A stretch of 64,000 nucleotides of DNA from the human T2T-CHM13v2.0 reference genome, Homo sapiens (GCF_009914755.1 NC_060928.1); one strand, 5' to 3'. Shown: positions 17,950 to 36,780, counted from the stretch's first letter. The notes: generated by a model from the letters alone, not told the origin. Program-made: numbers and translations.

Positions 17950-18829
17950 TATTATAACAAAGGGAAAAAAAGAACAATGGATGTTGGAGAGCACAGTTTT
18001 GGGGAAAGATTGTTTTAGGTATACAGGTGAATTAGCTGCGTGTGGCTATATAACAGTATAGGTAACATCCCGTTACCTTTGCCATATTCTAATTGTTAGA
18101 AGCAAATCACAGGTCCTACCTGTGAGGGGACGTACATGGTCAGGAACACCAGGAGGCAGGAATTATGGGGCCATCTTAGAGTCTGCCTACCACAGAAGGC
18201 TGAAAGTTGATAATAGTCTGGAAGGCAATGGCGAGAGTAGAAAGAAAACCAATCTCAAGAGAGAGGTCGGGGACAATTGGTAGACAGGGGTTAAGGTTAC
18301 CTGTAAGTTAGATTTGGAAAGGGGAACTTTTTTGTTTTCAACATATAGGAAAAGGGAGAGAATAGGAGAAGATGAGAGAAGTTTTGAAGTACAAAGAAGG
18401 GAAATTTCTAGGAAAGCTCACATCAATGAACCTCCATCTTCCCCATAAAGTAGGAGATGGGATTATTTGCTGAGTCTGAGAGTTAAGGAGGGATTCATGC
18501 TTTGAGGAAAATGGAAAATATTTGAAACAGATGCTATGGGAAATGCCATAGATGGTGATTAAAGTGAAAATAAGGAGAGAAAAGGATAATTAACAGCAGA
18601 CAGAGTCAGCTTAAGTTGTTTCACATGAATCGTTTTAGAACTGCTGGCCAACAATTTTAGATATGGGCTGATGATGGGATTTAAGCTACGTAAGAAGGCA
18701 AATGAGGTCAAGAATAAGCAAACGTGGTAAGAACAGAGCTTAAAGAGAAGATTTCCATGAGGGCAGATTGTAGCCTCAATAAGGCTGAGGGAATAGTAAA
18801 GGGGATTTTAAAAATTCTTAATCTTACTT

Positions 18830-20170
<1,341 letters not shown>

Positions 20171-20302
20171 CTTGAAGGTAAAACAATTCCACATATGGAT
20201 AGAGTTCAAAGGAGTGGCTCTACCTGTGTGTGGCTCCACACCTCTCCCTAGCTTTTTCTATGTTGACAACCTTTTTTACATGTTTAAAAAATAGATGTCT
20301 AA

Positions 20303-22307
<2,005 letters not shown>

Positions 22308-22457
22308 TCCTGGGCACTTTTGACACTCACTGCGTGGGCTCACACCCCATTAGACTGAGATGGAAGGGAGGGTTTAGGAGGAGGTGTCCAGATCAGGGAA
22401 AGAAGACCTGTGTGACCCCGCCTGGAGGTCACAGCATAAGACATGAATGAATGAGAG

Positions 22458-22640
22458 CACTGGTTCTCAAAGTGAGGTCCTCAGGTAAGCAAATCCTCAT
22501 CACCTGGGATGATGCTTGTGAGAAATGTGAATTTGGGGTCCCAACTCAGATCTACTAAGTTCAGGGTAAGGCACTGCAATCAGTGTTTTCACAAGCCCTT
22601 CAGGTGAGCCTGACACATATCAAAGTTTAAAAACCTCAGT
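22458..22640. mobile_element. MER5-like hAT relic
   Basis: cactggttctcaaagtg...catcacctggga...gaaatgtgaatt...acaagccct. Confidence 0.65.
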
Positions 22641-23723
22641 GGGCTGGGTTTTTGCATGAGTACTTTAGTAACCACAGGCAATACATACTTAGATTATTTT
22701 TCTACTCTTTTCTGCCAAAATGATTTCTACTACTGAGATAGTCTTAGAAGTTACATTTTTAAAGTAATCATGAAGAAAAAACATATCTTGAGAACACTGA
22801 GAAAACATAACAGCCACTAACTAGGCTCTATGGTCAATGCAATTTGGTCAACGCCATTCCAGAGAGTACTCGAAACAGGGCAGGAGAGCCTCCTACCTCT
22901 TTGACTTCCCCATTCACCATCCCACGTCTCAAGTTTCTGTCATTATTTTTCTAGAAAAGCTATAAAAATCATCCCACTTCCTTTTTGCATTCACCACAAT
23001 CACTCGCATGAACTTCAGTTCACTTTTTAATTTTATTTTTTGCTAGGCTTCCTGAAATCATGAGATCAGTTCACTTTTAAGTGTCTGGGTTTCTGCTGAG
23101 CTGCAGAGCAGCCTTTCTCCTAGCATTTCTGCCCTGCCATGTTTATCTTCCCTGTTGAGATTGGGTAAGAGGAGGTGGACAAAAAGTGGTGACAGTTACT
23201 TTCACTCTAAGGGAAACTAGGAGGCATGAGTTCAACAAATAGTAATCATGATCATTTTGCGTGCGATGCAATGTGAGAGGAAGGAATACAGATAAATACA
23301 TAAGATGCGATATAAATGGTATGATAAGGGTGTGTATAAAATACAGAGAACATAGATAAGGAGCAATTGATGGAATGGTGGAGAAATGGATTAGGAGAGG
23401 TACAAAAAGGAAGTAACATTGGCACCGGTCCTTAAGGTCAAGTTCAATAGGTAGATGGACATGGGAAGGGGATGTCGGGTGAAGGGGACACCATGAGCAC
23501 AGGCTTGCAGATAGGAAAGATGTTTGGGGCTTATTTCACCGTAGTTCAGTGTGGCTGGAATATAGGGGACAGAGCAAGAGCAGATGCAAAAGGAAGTGGC
23601 CCACACTCTAGGATCACCTGTGAGGGCCCCTTCCTGCACTCTTAAATATTTTGGCATACTCACCGTTTGGATGACCACATGGAGTACAGTTTCAGTTGAG
23701 CAGTGGGATCAGAATCAAAGTTT

Positions 23724-24069
23724 TATCTATTCTATCTATCTGTCTGTCTGTCTGTCTGTCTATCTATCCAACTATCTAATTTTTAAAGATAGGGTCTGGC
23801 TCTGTCACGCAGGCTTGAGTGCAGTGGTATGATCCTGGCTCATTGCAGCCTCAAACTCCTTGACTCAAGAGATCTTCCTGTCTCATCCTCCTGAGTATCT
23901 AGGATTACAAGTGCCTGCCAGCACACCTAGCTAATTTTTAAAAAGTTTTTTGTAAAGATGGGGCTCACCATGTTGCCCAGGCTGGTCTCAAACTCCTGGC
24001 CTCAAGTGGTCCTCTAGCCTTGGCCTCTTAAAGTCCTGGGATTAGAGGTGTGAGCTGCCATGGCTGGCC
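23724..24069 (-). mobile_element. AluJ with a (TCTA/TCTG)n-expanded tail
   Basis: Tetranucleotide run 23724-23778 abuts the Alu 3' end. Confidence 0.88.
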
Positions 24070-24770
24070 AAAATTTTGGTGTATAGATTAGGAGATGGAC
24101 TGTAAAGAAGGGTGGTCATTTGAATAAATGATTCACAGGAGAAAACGGGTTTTACTGTAACAACCAAAGCCTACCAATATTGAGTTTCCTTATTCATTAT
24201 GCATGTTATTAGGGTATTTTTAGCTCCAGCATTATGATTTTGCAAGTAAAATAAACTTGGGGTGAACGTTGATGCGGCCCTAAGTATCTTACTTCACTGA
24301 ATTGGAATTCTACTCAGATTAGTCTTAGTAGATCTTTCTTTCTTCCCTGCTAATATCCGGGAAGCAAAGAAAAAGAGATTTCTTGAAGTATAACCTATTA
24401 GAACTTGCATAGAGGCATGGCGAGCAAAGGTTTTATAGAAATACCTGCAGATGTTTGGAGCTGTAAGAACACAGTGCTTGAGGATGCTGACCCTGTGGTG
24501 GGATATAACGTTGAGTGCCTTTTCCCAGACCCAATATCATTAAATCCTGCATAGACGGGGAACCCAGAAACCATCATCTCTCCATGCTCCAGAGCCCTGC
24601 AGAGACAACTGAGGTTTCTGGATGAGTTTATTTCTAAATACAATAGGGAAGAGGTTATTCACACAGAGATTGTCACCAATATGATTATAGGTCCCCAATT
24701 TTTTATTATACATGGCAATAGACCAGACACTCTGAAGATCTTATTATTTCCAACTTGATGTTTAGGATAG

Positions 24771-25245
24771 CATGGCAGATTGTATTTTCCAAAGATACCT
24801 ACGGTAATATCTCCGAAACCATGTGGTCTTCTGCAATGGGACCTTGTCACGTCTCCCTTGAATGTGAGCAGGATCTGTGACTCCTTTAACAAACACAACA
24901 TGGTGGAAATGATGCTGTGCCATCTGGCCTGGAAGCTTCCTGCCTCTTGGTTCCCTCTGACAAGCCAGTTGCCACTTTGGTGAGAGGCCCCAGTCACATT
25001 GAGAGGCTATGTGTGGTTGCCCTGGTCAACACCCAACTGCCAGCATCAACTGCCAGCTATGTAGCGAGCTCTCTTGGACATCTAGCCCAGTCAAAGCCTT
25101 GGGTGACTGTCACCCCAGCCAGCATCTGACGGCAACTTCAGAGAGAACCCAGATGAGAACTGCTCAGCTGAACCCCATCATCCAAAAAACTGTGAGAAAT
25201 AGCAGTGAGTTGTTGTTTGAAGCCATGAAGTATTTTGAGCTGTAA
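24771..25245 (+). mobile_element. MLT1G/H-like LTR
   Basis: tggcagattgtattttccaaagat start; tgttgtttgaagcca...ttttg near the end. Confidence 0.7.
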
Positions 25246-25329
25246 TCCATACACTATAAAATTTATCTTTTTCAGGTGTACAATATACAGAGCTATAACC
25301 ATCACCATTCTCAGTTAAAGAACATTCTT

Positions 25330-26063
<734 letters not shown>

Positions 26064-27164
26064 GAATTCTTCTTATGTCACAGCCTACAGACAGGTTAAT
26101 GACCAGTTTCTTCTTGGCCCACCACCATCCATCGTGTGGTCTCCCAGGCACCTTCTCATCCCAGAAAAATCCCATCTCCCACTTATATGGTTCACATATA
26201 AATTCCTCCACCAATCCTAATCTGAGTCTTTGATTTCAGTTCTGGGTAAATTTCATGTGTACTTTAATCTCGGCCCCTTTACATGGCTTGTTGATTTATG
26301 CGGCTTCTTGAAATGCTGTTTACAAAGTTAGACCCTTGAAAAGTGGCATAATTGGTTTGCATGTGAAAACTAAATCAAGATTCACCTCAAACCCAACAAA
26401 ATAAATGAAGACAGAATGAAGCTTTTGCCTGGCATTTAGCAGGGCTGGCACAGATTTTTCCTCTATAGCACATGGAAGAGCAAGTGAACAGCATTCCCTG
26501 AAGTCTCACCAGGAGCTCTAAGCTCCAGAGTGAAGCCAAATCAGGCTGCTAACCCGACGGAGAAAACTTGGTGTGAATATACATATATATGTCACATATC
26601 TGTGTGAGCATATAATATGTATCTATATATAGTCAGCTAAAGCTGGCAATGAAAACAAAAACTCTACTTTCTTGGCTTACTCAAACTGCATAAAAATAGT
26701 GTTTAACAATCAAGGAAGAATGTGCAAGCCACTGCTGGTTAAAGGATGTGTGGCTATCCCATGAAAGAACCTATTAAGAATCCTACAGGCTTACTGCTGG
26801 CTTGGTTTGGAAGCCAGAGGCCAGCTCTCTGTCATGTTCTGTGCTAATTCAACAGGAATGACTTCAAGGAGGGTTTTATGTTCAGGCACGATTTATGTGG
26901 CAGGGAAGAATAAAGGGATTCCTGTAAGCTAGCCCAAGTTAGGGGATCTCTTTGAGTGATTAGTCCAATAAATACGTAGATGCTGGTGAGGCTGGGGTGA
27001 GGAGTCTGGGGAGAACAAATGCACACAAAATGCGTGTGCACACTCACGTGACGTGTGTTAAATGTATATGCAGATATACAAGCACTGCCAGCCATTGTAT
27101 GGGTTTTTGAGAATCCATGGAGTTTGAGGCACTGGATAAAAATTTCTAGTGATTATAAGTTTAA

Positions 27165-27499
<335 letters not shown>

Positions 27500-27772
27500 A
27501 ATGTAAGTTATATTATAATTTTAAAATAACTTCATCTAATATTATTTGACATCTATATATTCAAATATAGACAAACATATATGACAAACATATTTATTTG
27601 ACAAACATATATGAAGCATCTGTCATGTGCCAGGCACCATGGTTGGCAGTAGGTATACAAAGATGAATAAAGCAGACTTCCTGCCTTTGGGGAGCTTGCA
27701 ATCCATTGAGCAGGACAAATAAAATTATTCTGCAATGTAATCAAGGGCTATAATGTTGGCATAAACCAAGTC

Positions 27773-27935
27773 TTTTTTTTTTTTTTTTTGATACAGGGTC
27801 TTGCTCCGTTGCTGAGGCTGCAGTGCAGTGGCATGATCTCAGCTCACTGTAACCTCTGTCTCTGGGTTCAAGTGATTCTTGTGCCTCAGCCTCCCAAGTA
27901 GCTGGAATTACAGGCGTAAGCCACTGTGCTCGGCC
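27773..27935 (-). mobile_element. Monomeric Alu (left-arm start fused to right arm)
   Basis: TSD taaac(c/a)aagtctttt surrounds a single ~160-bp unit. Confidence 0.85.
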
Positions 27936-27964
27936 TAAACAAAGTCTTTTGGAATCATAGAAAA

Positions 27965-29090
27965 TTGTTCCAGTTACTTTCACTGTGTAACATATTAGCC
28001 CAAGACTAACTGGCATAAAGCAATTATTTTATTATTCTCCTAGACTTGGTGGGTTAGGAATTTGGAGAGGGCACAGAAGAGACAGAGAAGAGATGACTTT
28101 TTTCTGTTTCATGATGTCTGGGACCCCAACTGGGAAGACACAATGAGCAGAACTGCTGAGTGGAGTGTGTGCACATGACTCCCCACAGAGCCAGGCTTCC
28201 TCACAGCATGGCAGCCTCAGGCTCCAAATGCGTGTATCCCAGCAAATAAGGCGAAAGCCACATCACTTCTTATGACTCAGCCTCATAAAACACTAGGATC
28301 ACTTTTGCAATACTCTATTGCGTGAAGCAGCCTCAAGCCCACCCAGGTGCAAGGGGAAGGGGCATAGAATCTAACTTTCAATGGGGTGACTGTAAAATAA
28401 GTTTGTGGCCATTTAAAAAACTGCTATGAAAAGACAGTGCCTTAGTAATTTGGGGAATCGGGAAGTCTTCACTGAAGAGGTGATGTTTGGGATGCATCTT
28501 GAAAGAGGGACAAAAGTTTGCCAGGAGAAGTGGGGTGAAAAGAGAAATGATTCTTCATAGGGAATGGCACCTTTTAGGCTTACATGTACACAGGAAATAC
28601 TGAAATACAAGAAGGAGTACAAGGGGATAACTAGGAAGTGGATCAAGCATCAAAGGAAAACCAGTCTCATAGCTCCCAGACACCTTGAATACATCAGCAT
28701 GTTTGAACTGCTAACTCAACTCAATAATTGTCCATTGATTCTTAAGCCATATATAGGGTTTGGGAAAGAACCAAACCATAGTTATTTATTTGGAAAAGAA
28801 CTGTGGAGCAGATAGGTTAAAGTTGGAATTTAAAGTGGAAGGACTACTTTCTCTTTAACAAACACATAATACCTATTCTTCAGGTATCATACTAAGGACA
28901 TGACAATTTCAACTCACTTAATCCTCATCACAGCCCTAAAAGGTAGCTATTGTTATTCTCTCTCAATTACGGATTAAAAACTTGAATCCCAAAGAGGTTA
29001 AGTAACTTGCCCAAGGGCACGCAGTGGATCAGTGGCACACCCAGGATTCAAATGCAGGTTGTCAGGCTCAGCCTGCGCACCTCGCCACTG
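27965..29090 (-). mobile_element. MLT1 LTR (~27965-28420), L2 fragment and MIR (~28870-29090)
   Basis: MLT motifs ggcttcctcacagcatggcagcctcagg; MIR core cacttaatcctcatcacagccct...gaggttaagtaacttgcccaagg. Confidence 0.65.
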
Positions 29091-30358
29091 TGCCAGGTCA
29101 CCCTCAGACAACTAGAGAGAACAGTGGCTGAAATTAAAGGCAACATGGGGAGCTTGACTTTGATCCGTATGACAATTGAGAGCCATTTAGGGCGTCTGAA
29201 ATGGCAGTACGTGTAATGTAAATTGTGTTAACCTAACTAGTTATTGGCTGAGCCAGACAGGAAAACAAGTCTCTAGCTTTTTAGTTCAACATTCTTCACT
29301 ATTCTATAACGCTGTGCTTGGAGATAGTATTTTATGGTTCAGTGCCACTACTGAGACTCTTCTTAAATGATGAATTAAGAGGCTGGACTCTTGAAGAAGC
29401 AAGCAAGGGAGGTAACTCACGCTCTGCCATTTTATCTGCAGGGTACTTCCGAGGTGAGGCCAAATTAGTTGACTTATCCACGTAGTTGTTTTAAGGCTAA
29501 TCTAGGACAATGCAAAACATACCTCTGTAGTTTGACTCTCAGTGATGAAGCACAGTATGTAATTAGAAGCAGTTTCATTTGTCCATCCATTCAGTACTGT
29601 TTTTTTTACTGCCATGGGCTGTGACTGACCTAATATTTTGCTGCATGGTATAGTGCCTTTTATATATACATGCTGACGTCAGGCAGGACAGCATTAATGG
29701 AGGCAATATGTCTAAATGAAAACACCATTACATTATCAAAGTGAAAAATGGCTAGATCAGCAAATGGAGTATTAGGGATGGAAGCTGAGAAAAAGAATAT
29801 TAACCTTGCATTCAATTTTAGTCTCATATCTGTGACTTCCTTGTGTAGTTATTATAGAACCTTAAGATACATGATGGTTGAAGGACAGTTGGGGGCACAC
29901 TATAATAGCTACCTCATAAAAATGGTAGGAGCAATTGGCAGCTTAATTTTGGGGTTTGTGGAAGTAATTTTAAATGGAATTTGTGTTAATCATTTTCCAT
30001 AAATTTAGACATTTCACTTTGTGATGACTTTACACTTTCACTAAGATACAGTAGAAAGTGATGGGAATAATGGAAACAATGAAAACCATGACGTCAAGCC
30101 CTGGTCTCAGAAATGTCCACCAAGCAGACGTGGAAACAGACGAATGCATTAATTTTTGATCATCTTGAACATTGAAGGTGGTTTAAAAGAGCAAAACAAT
30201 AGTTCTAGAATTTGTATATAGGGTATATAAAGACATAACACGGGAGAAAAATCAAGCTGATTTTGGCAGAGGTGTGCAATCACTTGGGCCAGAACAAAGT
30301 CCTGAGCACTTAATCTTATAAACGATCTCTGGTGAGCTTTAGTGGACATACGAGATAA

Positions 30359-30445
30359 ATAGATAGAGATAGAGATAGAGATAGAGATAGAGATAGAGAT
30401 AGAGATAGAGATAGAGATAGAGATAGAGATAGATAGAGATGAGAT
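30359..30445. repeat. (ATAGAG)n hexanucleotide microsatellite
   Basis: More than 11 near-perfect units; source of the ISISIS/LYLYLY ORFs. Confidence 0.95.
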
Positions 30446-30516
30446 ATAGGTAGACATTGGTGAGTTTTCTAAAAAGCGGGTAATCATTAAGTAAACAACT
30501 CTTAAAATTATACTTC

Positions 30517-30808
30517 CAGCTGAGCACAGTGGCTCATGCCTGTAATCTCAGCACTTTGGGAGGCTGAGGCCAGCAGATCGTTTGAGGTCAGGAATATGAG
30601 GCCAGCATGGCCAACATGGTGAAACCCTGTCTCTACTAAAAATACAAAAATTAGCCACGCGTGGTGGGAGGCGCCTGTAATCCCAGCTACTCAGGAGGCT
30701 GAGGCAGGAGAATCGCTTGAACCCAGGAGGTAGAGGTTACAGTGAAGACAGTTGGCACCACTGCACTCCAACCTGGGTGACGGAGCGAGACTTTGTCTCA
30801 AAAAAAAA
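30517..30808 (+). mobile_element. AluS
   Basis: Full dimer. Confidence 0.92.
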
Positions 30809-31220
30809 TGTTTCCTGCATGTATGTATGTATGTCACACAAACTTCTTTTTCTCCAATAAAATGATGCACATGCCCCCTACGTTGACTCTCCATCTGCCT
30901 CCAGCTGGCAGCAGGAATGGAGAAATCAAAGTAACCAATACTGGTTTGTCAATCAGACCAATGACCAGCGCAGGGGCCTCCTTTTTTTCTTTCTTAAGCC
31001 TGTGTGTGTGTGTGGGGTGTGTGTGTGGGGGGGGTGTGTGTGTCTTTGCGGACGTGCAGAGTAAAACAGAGCAGACAATATGCATCTGTATGCTACATGC
31101 CTTCTCTACAGACTTCACACACACTGTCCTTATCTCTTGGATAAGTTAATGAGACTGTTCACTGATTTCTAAGTTATAATTTCAAAGAGGCAGTGGTGGG
31201 AAAATTGATCTACAAGTATT

Positions 31221-32164
<944 letters not shown>

Positions 32165-34845
32165 TGATCTACAAGTATTAAAGGGCTTTGGGTGTTGGGG
32201 CATTAGGGTGACACAAATACATTACATATTCTCCTCTAGACTAGAATCTTTTAAGTACTTATTTGGGTCTATTACAGACACTCATTTCTCTTTAGAAATC
32301 TATCTATCCTGCTGACAAAGCTAGTGGAATATCAAAAGTTCTACTTGGATGGGCCCAAAACATACATAAAGAGGAATATTAAGCATTCCTTTTTATTTGT
32401 AAGTTATGCTAATAACCAATGGTTGAAGAAAGGCGTGTCATATGGCCAGTGCATTTAAATTATCGCTATTTCCCAGTGTTTACTCTCCAAGTTTTTGATA
32501 CACATTAAACCTTGGCTACTACATGGTCATTCCATGCTAGATTATACGTTGGATGTTTGGAAAAACGTTATTATTCAATAGGTTGAGTTTCGGGAAGGAG
32601 TTTGTTTTACCTTCCAGAGCGAATTGCTTATAAGAAAAAGAGGCTATTTTTGGATTCTTTTTTATTCTATTAATGTCAGCGCTATTGAAACTCTTTGATT
32701 TTTTTACCCTGTTGCTTAGAAACATTTTATTAAATGTTGTCAGTGCTTCTATCTGATCTGATTTAAAATGTTACTTTTATCTGCCACTGTAGAATGAGCT
32801 CTAAGTTATTAATAGGTATTAAAAATATTTTATTGACAGGAGAATGATATATCAGATTAAGCCAGTATCTCTGGCTTATCTATTTTAAGGGCATTGGGTG
32901 GGGTTTGATTTGGTGAGGTTTGTGATGGGCAAAAACAGGAATGATAGGATATTTCTAACATTCTTGGCCTCTCACTCTTAGAACCTAAGGGTAGATAGAT
33001 TGGGAGGGATAAGGGCTCAAATCTCCTTTCTCAAATTAGCTCCAATCACCTGTCCTGAGTCCAATTGCCCATCACCATCTGCCTGAAATTCCACCATCAG
33101 AGACATTACTTTGATCTTGCTTAATAAGTTATCAGATTCAGAGTTAACTGGAGATTTGCTGAACAGCTGGATAAGCATGAGACCCAGAAGAAATGGGGTA
33201 CAGGATAGGGAGTTGCTGAAAATAGAGGGATTAGGAATCGGGGGGTGGGTGGGAATAAAAGGAAAATGAAAAACTGACAAAGCCAAGGATAACCCATTTC
33301 ACCTCCTCCTCTCCCTGCTGTCCGCAGGTCTGGTCCTCAGGCTGTGAGTGATGTGCCTTAGGGGCAGGAGGAAAGTCAAGTCCTCCTGGGCCTTGGATGA
33401 CTCCCTTGCAAGAATACATTCTGTGAGTTGAGACCAGAAGCAGCAACCAGAATAACTAGATGATTACTCTTCTCTTCATGTGGTCAAAGTATTTATAGTA
33501 TTTGCTTAATAAAACTCATGAAATCTCTGAGATTGACTCAATTGTATGATTTTCGCTGGCACTCTTGCGTGTGCACACACACACATACATTTTAAATTTG
33601 GCCTGATTTTCACAAAGACCTACTTCATAACAAAGGGCTAATTGGGCCACTAATTCATGTTAAACCTGAACTGGGGAAACACTAAATGCTGTTTTAAAAG
33701 TACCACCCAACTCATACCCTCTAAATAACGAAGGACTTTTTGTTATTATAGCTATTCTTCAAATTAATACAGTTATATTACATCCACTAATAGAAATGAT
33801 TTTAGGTGGCTTAGGATAGTTACAATAGGCCATGAAGATTGTATCAAACCAAGTGAAATAAAACTTCCCAAGTGGTCACTCCAATTCCACACACACACTT
33901 CATATTTATGTAGCGATCCCCTTGTGCTCCCTGTTAGATAAAGGGCATCATTATCACTATCAACTTGACTATTCTGATTCTAACATTTTATGTAATATGA
34001 AATTCTCACCACTGCAGAATCTCTTATTCTGCTGGGTGATTGGCTTTAACGTTAAAGCTCTAAAATAACAGACAGTAGTAGTTATTACAATACCAGTGTT
34101 TTTTATAATAGAAAGCATGTTCATGTAACATACACGGTAGGTCAGGTTTCCTTAAAGTCTCAAGTTTCACACAGAAACTGACAATGCTTAGGAAAGGAAA
34201 CTGCATTTAGGAGAGGATTTCCAACTAGAAGCTGCTAATAGAGGCACTAACTAGGCAGGAAGTATTCAAATTGGTTATAATTTAATTATGTCAATATCCC
34301 TTCTAAAAACAAATAGGTCTTAGCCATGATTCAGGCAGCAAAAACTAATAATAACTTGGTGAGGAATTACTATTTTTGCCCACATGTATCTGGGTAGTTG
34401 AAGCAATCTGATTGTATGATTTGGCACGAGTCCAGTCTATGGTCTAAAATAGCTACATGGGAAAATATTGGAAGTGTATTTTAGCCTCTGAAAGATTTAA
34501 ACCTGGTGAATCAGTATGTTTCTCCCCTGATATTTGATGTTCATATGTCACTGGAAAGCAAACACACAAAGACACAAACAAATGAAGCAGGTTTCCCAGC
34601 ATTTTATATTAACGACCACCATCAAGTTTGACGTTTTATACCTCTAATATTCTGGGGAGCTCATGATGTTTGATGGTTGTATTTGCTCACTGATCCTTAA
34701 GACAGATATTCTTGAGACGTATGAGGTAATGGCAAGATGCTATTTCCAGACAAAAGATGGGCCATCTAAGTGGGAAGCTATTCACAAATAATAAATCTGT
34801 AGATAGGTGAGATTTAAACACCTAAGTCTCCCTGTAAAATGTTGC

Positions 34846-35140
34846 TTTTTTTTTGTTGAGACAGAGTCTGGCTCTGTCACCCAGGCTAGAAAGCAGTGGT
34901 GCGCTCTCGACTCACTGCAAGCTCTGCTTCCTGGGCTCAAGCGATCCCCCCAGCTCAGCCTCCTGAGTAGCTGGGACCACAGGTGCATGCCACCACACCT
35001 GACTAATTTTTGTATTTTTTTGTAGAGACAGGGTTTCCCCATGTTGCCTAGGCTAGCCTCAAACTCCTGAGCTCAAGCAATCTGCTTGCCTCGGCCTCCC
35101 AAAATGCTGGGATTACAGGTGTGAGCCACCATGTCTGGCC
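34846..35140 (-). mobile_element. AluJ
   Basis: TSD aaatgttg(c/t)ttt. Confidence 0.9.
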
Positions 35141-36577
35141 AAATGTTGTTTTGTGTATGGAAAACTCTTAAATTTTAGATTTCATGAATAGTCAAAATAG
35201 GCAGCAGCATCTACTCTTAGTTTCCTTTTTTTCCCCTGTTGTTTGAACTGAGTTGCCCATGTGTGTACCCTTAGACTTAGCAGTCTGAAAAATTATCCTT
35301 TGACAGCTCTAGTAAGGCTTATGTAGTCTGACATACTGAAGATGGATGGAGGTTTCAAATTTGGAGGGACTTCTAGAATTTCTTTTTCTCTCCAACAGTA
35401 ACTGAAACAGTCAAAATGCTGGATCAGAGAAAAGGGACAACACACACACACACACACACCTCACACTTTTCATAGACCCAAGGTTCTATGGTTACAGAAA
35501 CCATGAACCGATTTCAGGGATGACAATGGAATCCGAAATGCTTTGGATTTGAGAATTCAAGTCTTTTCAAGAGCACGGTGGAAAGTCAGTGAAATGTTAT
35601 AAATACTCCAAGTAGCAGAAGTGTTACCGTATAAGGAGATGCCATTATTTACTAAACTCTCTCTATGCTATTATTTATTAAATACTGTCTTTCCGTGTTA
35701 AAACAAGTAAGGCTCAATGGACGTTTGGGCTTTGATGGTTTCATTGTGATCTGTGTCCATTCAAACATCAAAGAGTTTTGGAGATATGAGTGCAAATCCA
35801 ATCAGACACAAAACCCACTGCCTATTTCTTTCACTTATCTAGCCAAAATTTATTTACAGTGAGCTAATATTAATCGTGATACTGAGGATGCATAGATGCT
35901 CAAGGTCCATCTCTTATCTTCATAGATGCACAAGCATGAAGGGCAGCAGATTTGTGAACAGATACAATATGCTAACTGCAGCCCCAGAGATATTCAAAGG
36001 AGAGACACCAACTCACATAGGACAGAAGGGAAGGATTCCAGAGAGGTGATCCAGAATGAATAGGAATTAGCCAGAAATTTGTAAGGGGAGGTTGGAAAAG
36101 AAAGGGGGGAAGAAAGGTATTGCAAATGGAGGGATTCCTCTGAGCAAAGACACAGAGGGAAGAAGCACAAGAGTATTTGAGCTGTCTGTTGTTCTTGAAG
36201 CAAAACAAAACAAAACAAAACAAAACAAAACAAACAAACAAAAAACCTAGAGATAAGGAGTGGAAAACTTATGGCTGGGGCAAGAGAGATATGACTAGAG
36301 AGACTGAGATAAGGATAGGGAAGGAGGTGAGCAGGTGACAGGTTCTCCAGAGCATTGTATGGCTGGCCAAGTAAGGAGAGTTTCAAGTAGAGGGCAAACA
36401 TGGCAGATTAGCTGACTTGGATGAGATTATACACAGGGAAGTAAGAGAAGATGAAGGATGAAGATGGGAAACAGTAATAGCAATAGAATGAGGGGGCTGA
36501 GTTTAGCAATATGTAGAAGGTGTGCAGTTGGCCCTGATGCCAGCGCTTGCCTTCTAGGAATGAAGAGATTGGCTATG

Positions 36578-36780
36578 ATCCATATATTCTAGTTCATTTG
36601 CATATATCATCTTTTATTGAATTTTCTGGCAGGATAATTCTTCAGGTGAGGCTGGTGTTTTAGCCAATCAGAATTATTATCCATAGCTTCTAGTTCATTT
36701 GCATATATCATCTTTTATTGAATTTTCTGGCAGGATAATTCTTCAGGTGAGGCTGGTGTTTTTGCCACTCAGAATTATTA
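36578..36780. repeat. 101-bp direct tandem duplication
   Basis: ttctagttcatttgcatat...agaattatta starts at 36587 and again at 36688, with very few mismatches. Confidence 0.95.

Noticed and set aside
30149-30527. ISISIS / LYLYLY repeat proteins
   Set aside because: Translation of the (ATAGAG)n microsatellite.
33226-33254. G-quadruplex-capable tract (also 3613-3641 and 31013-31034)
   Set aside because: Isolated G-runs of a frequency expected in human DNA, with no supporting context.
36578-36780. Direct repeats as a CRISPR-like or other array system
   Set aside because: Only two head-to-tail copies with no spacers. No repeat-spacer array or prokaryotic genes were seen anywhere in the window.
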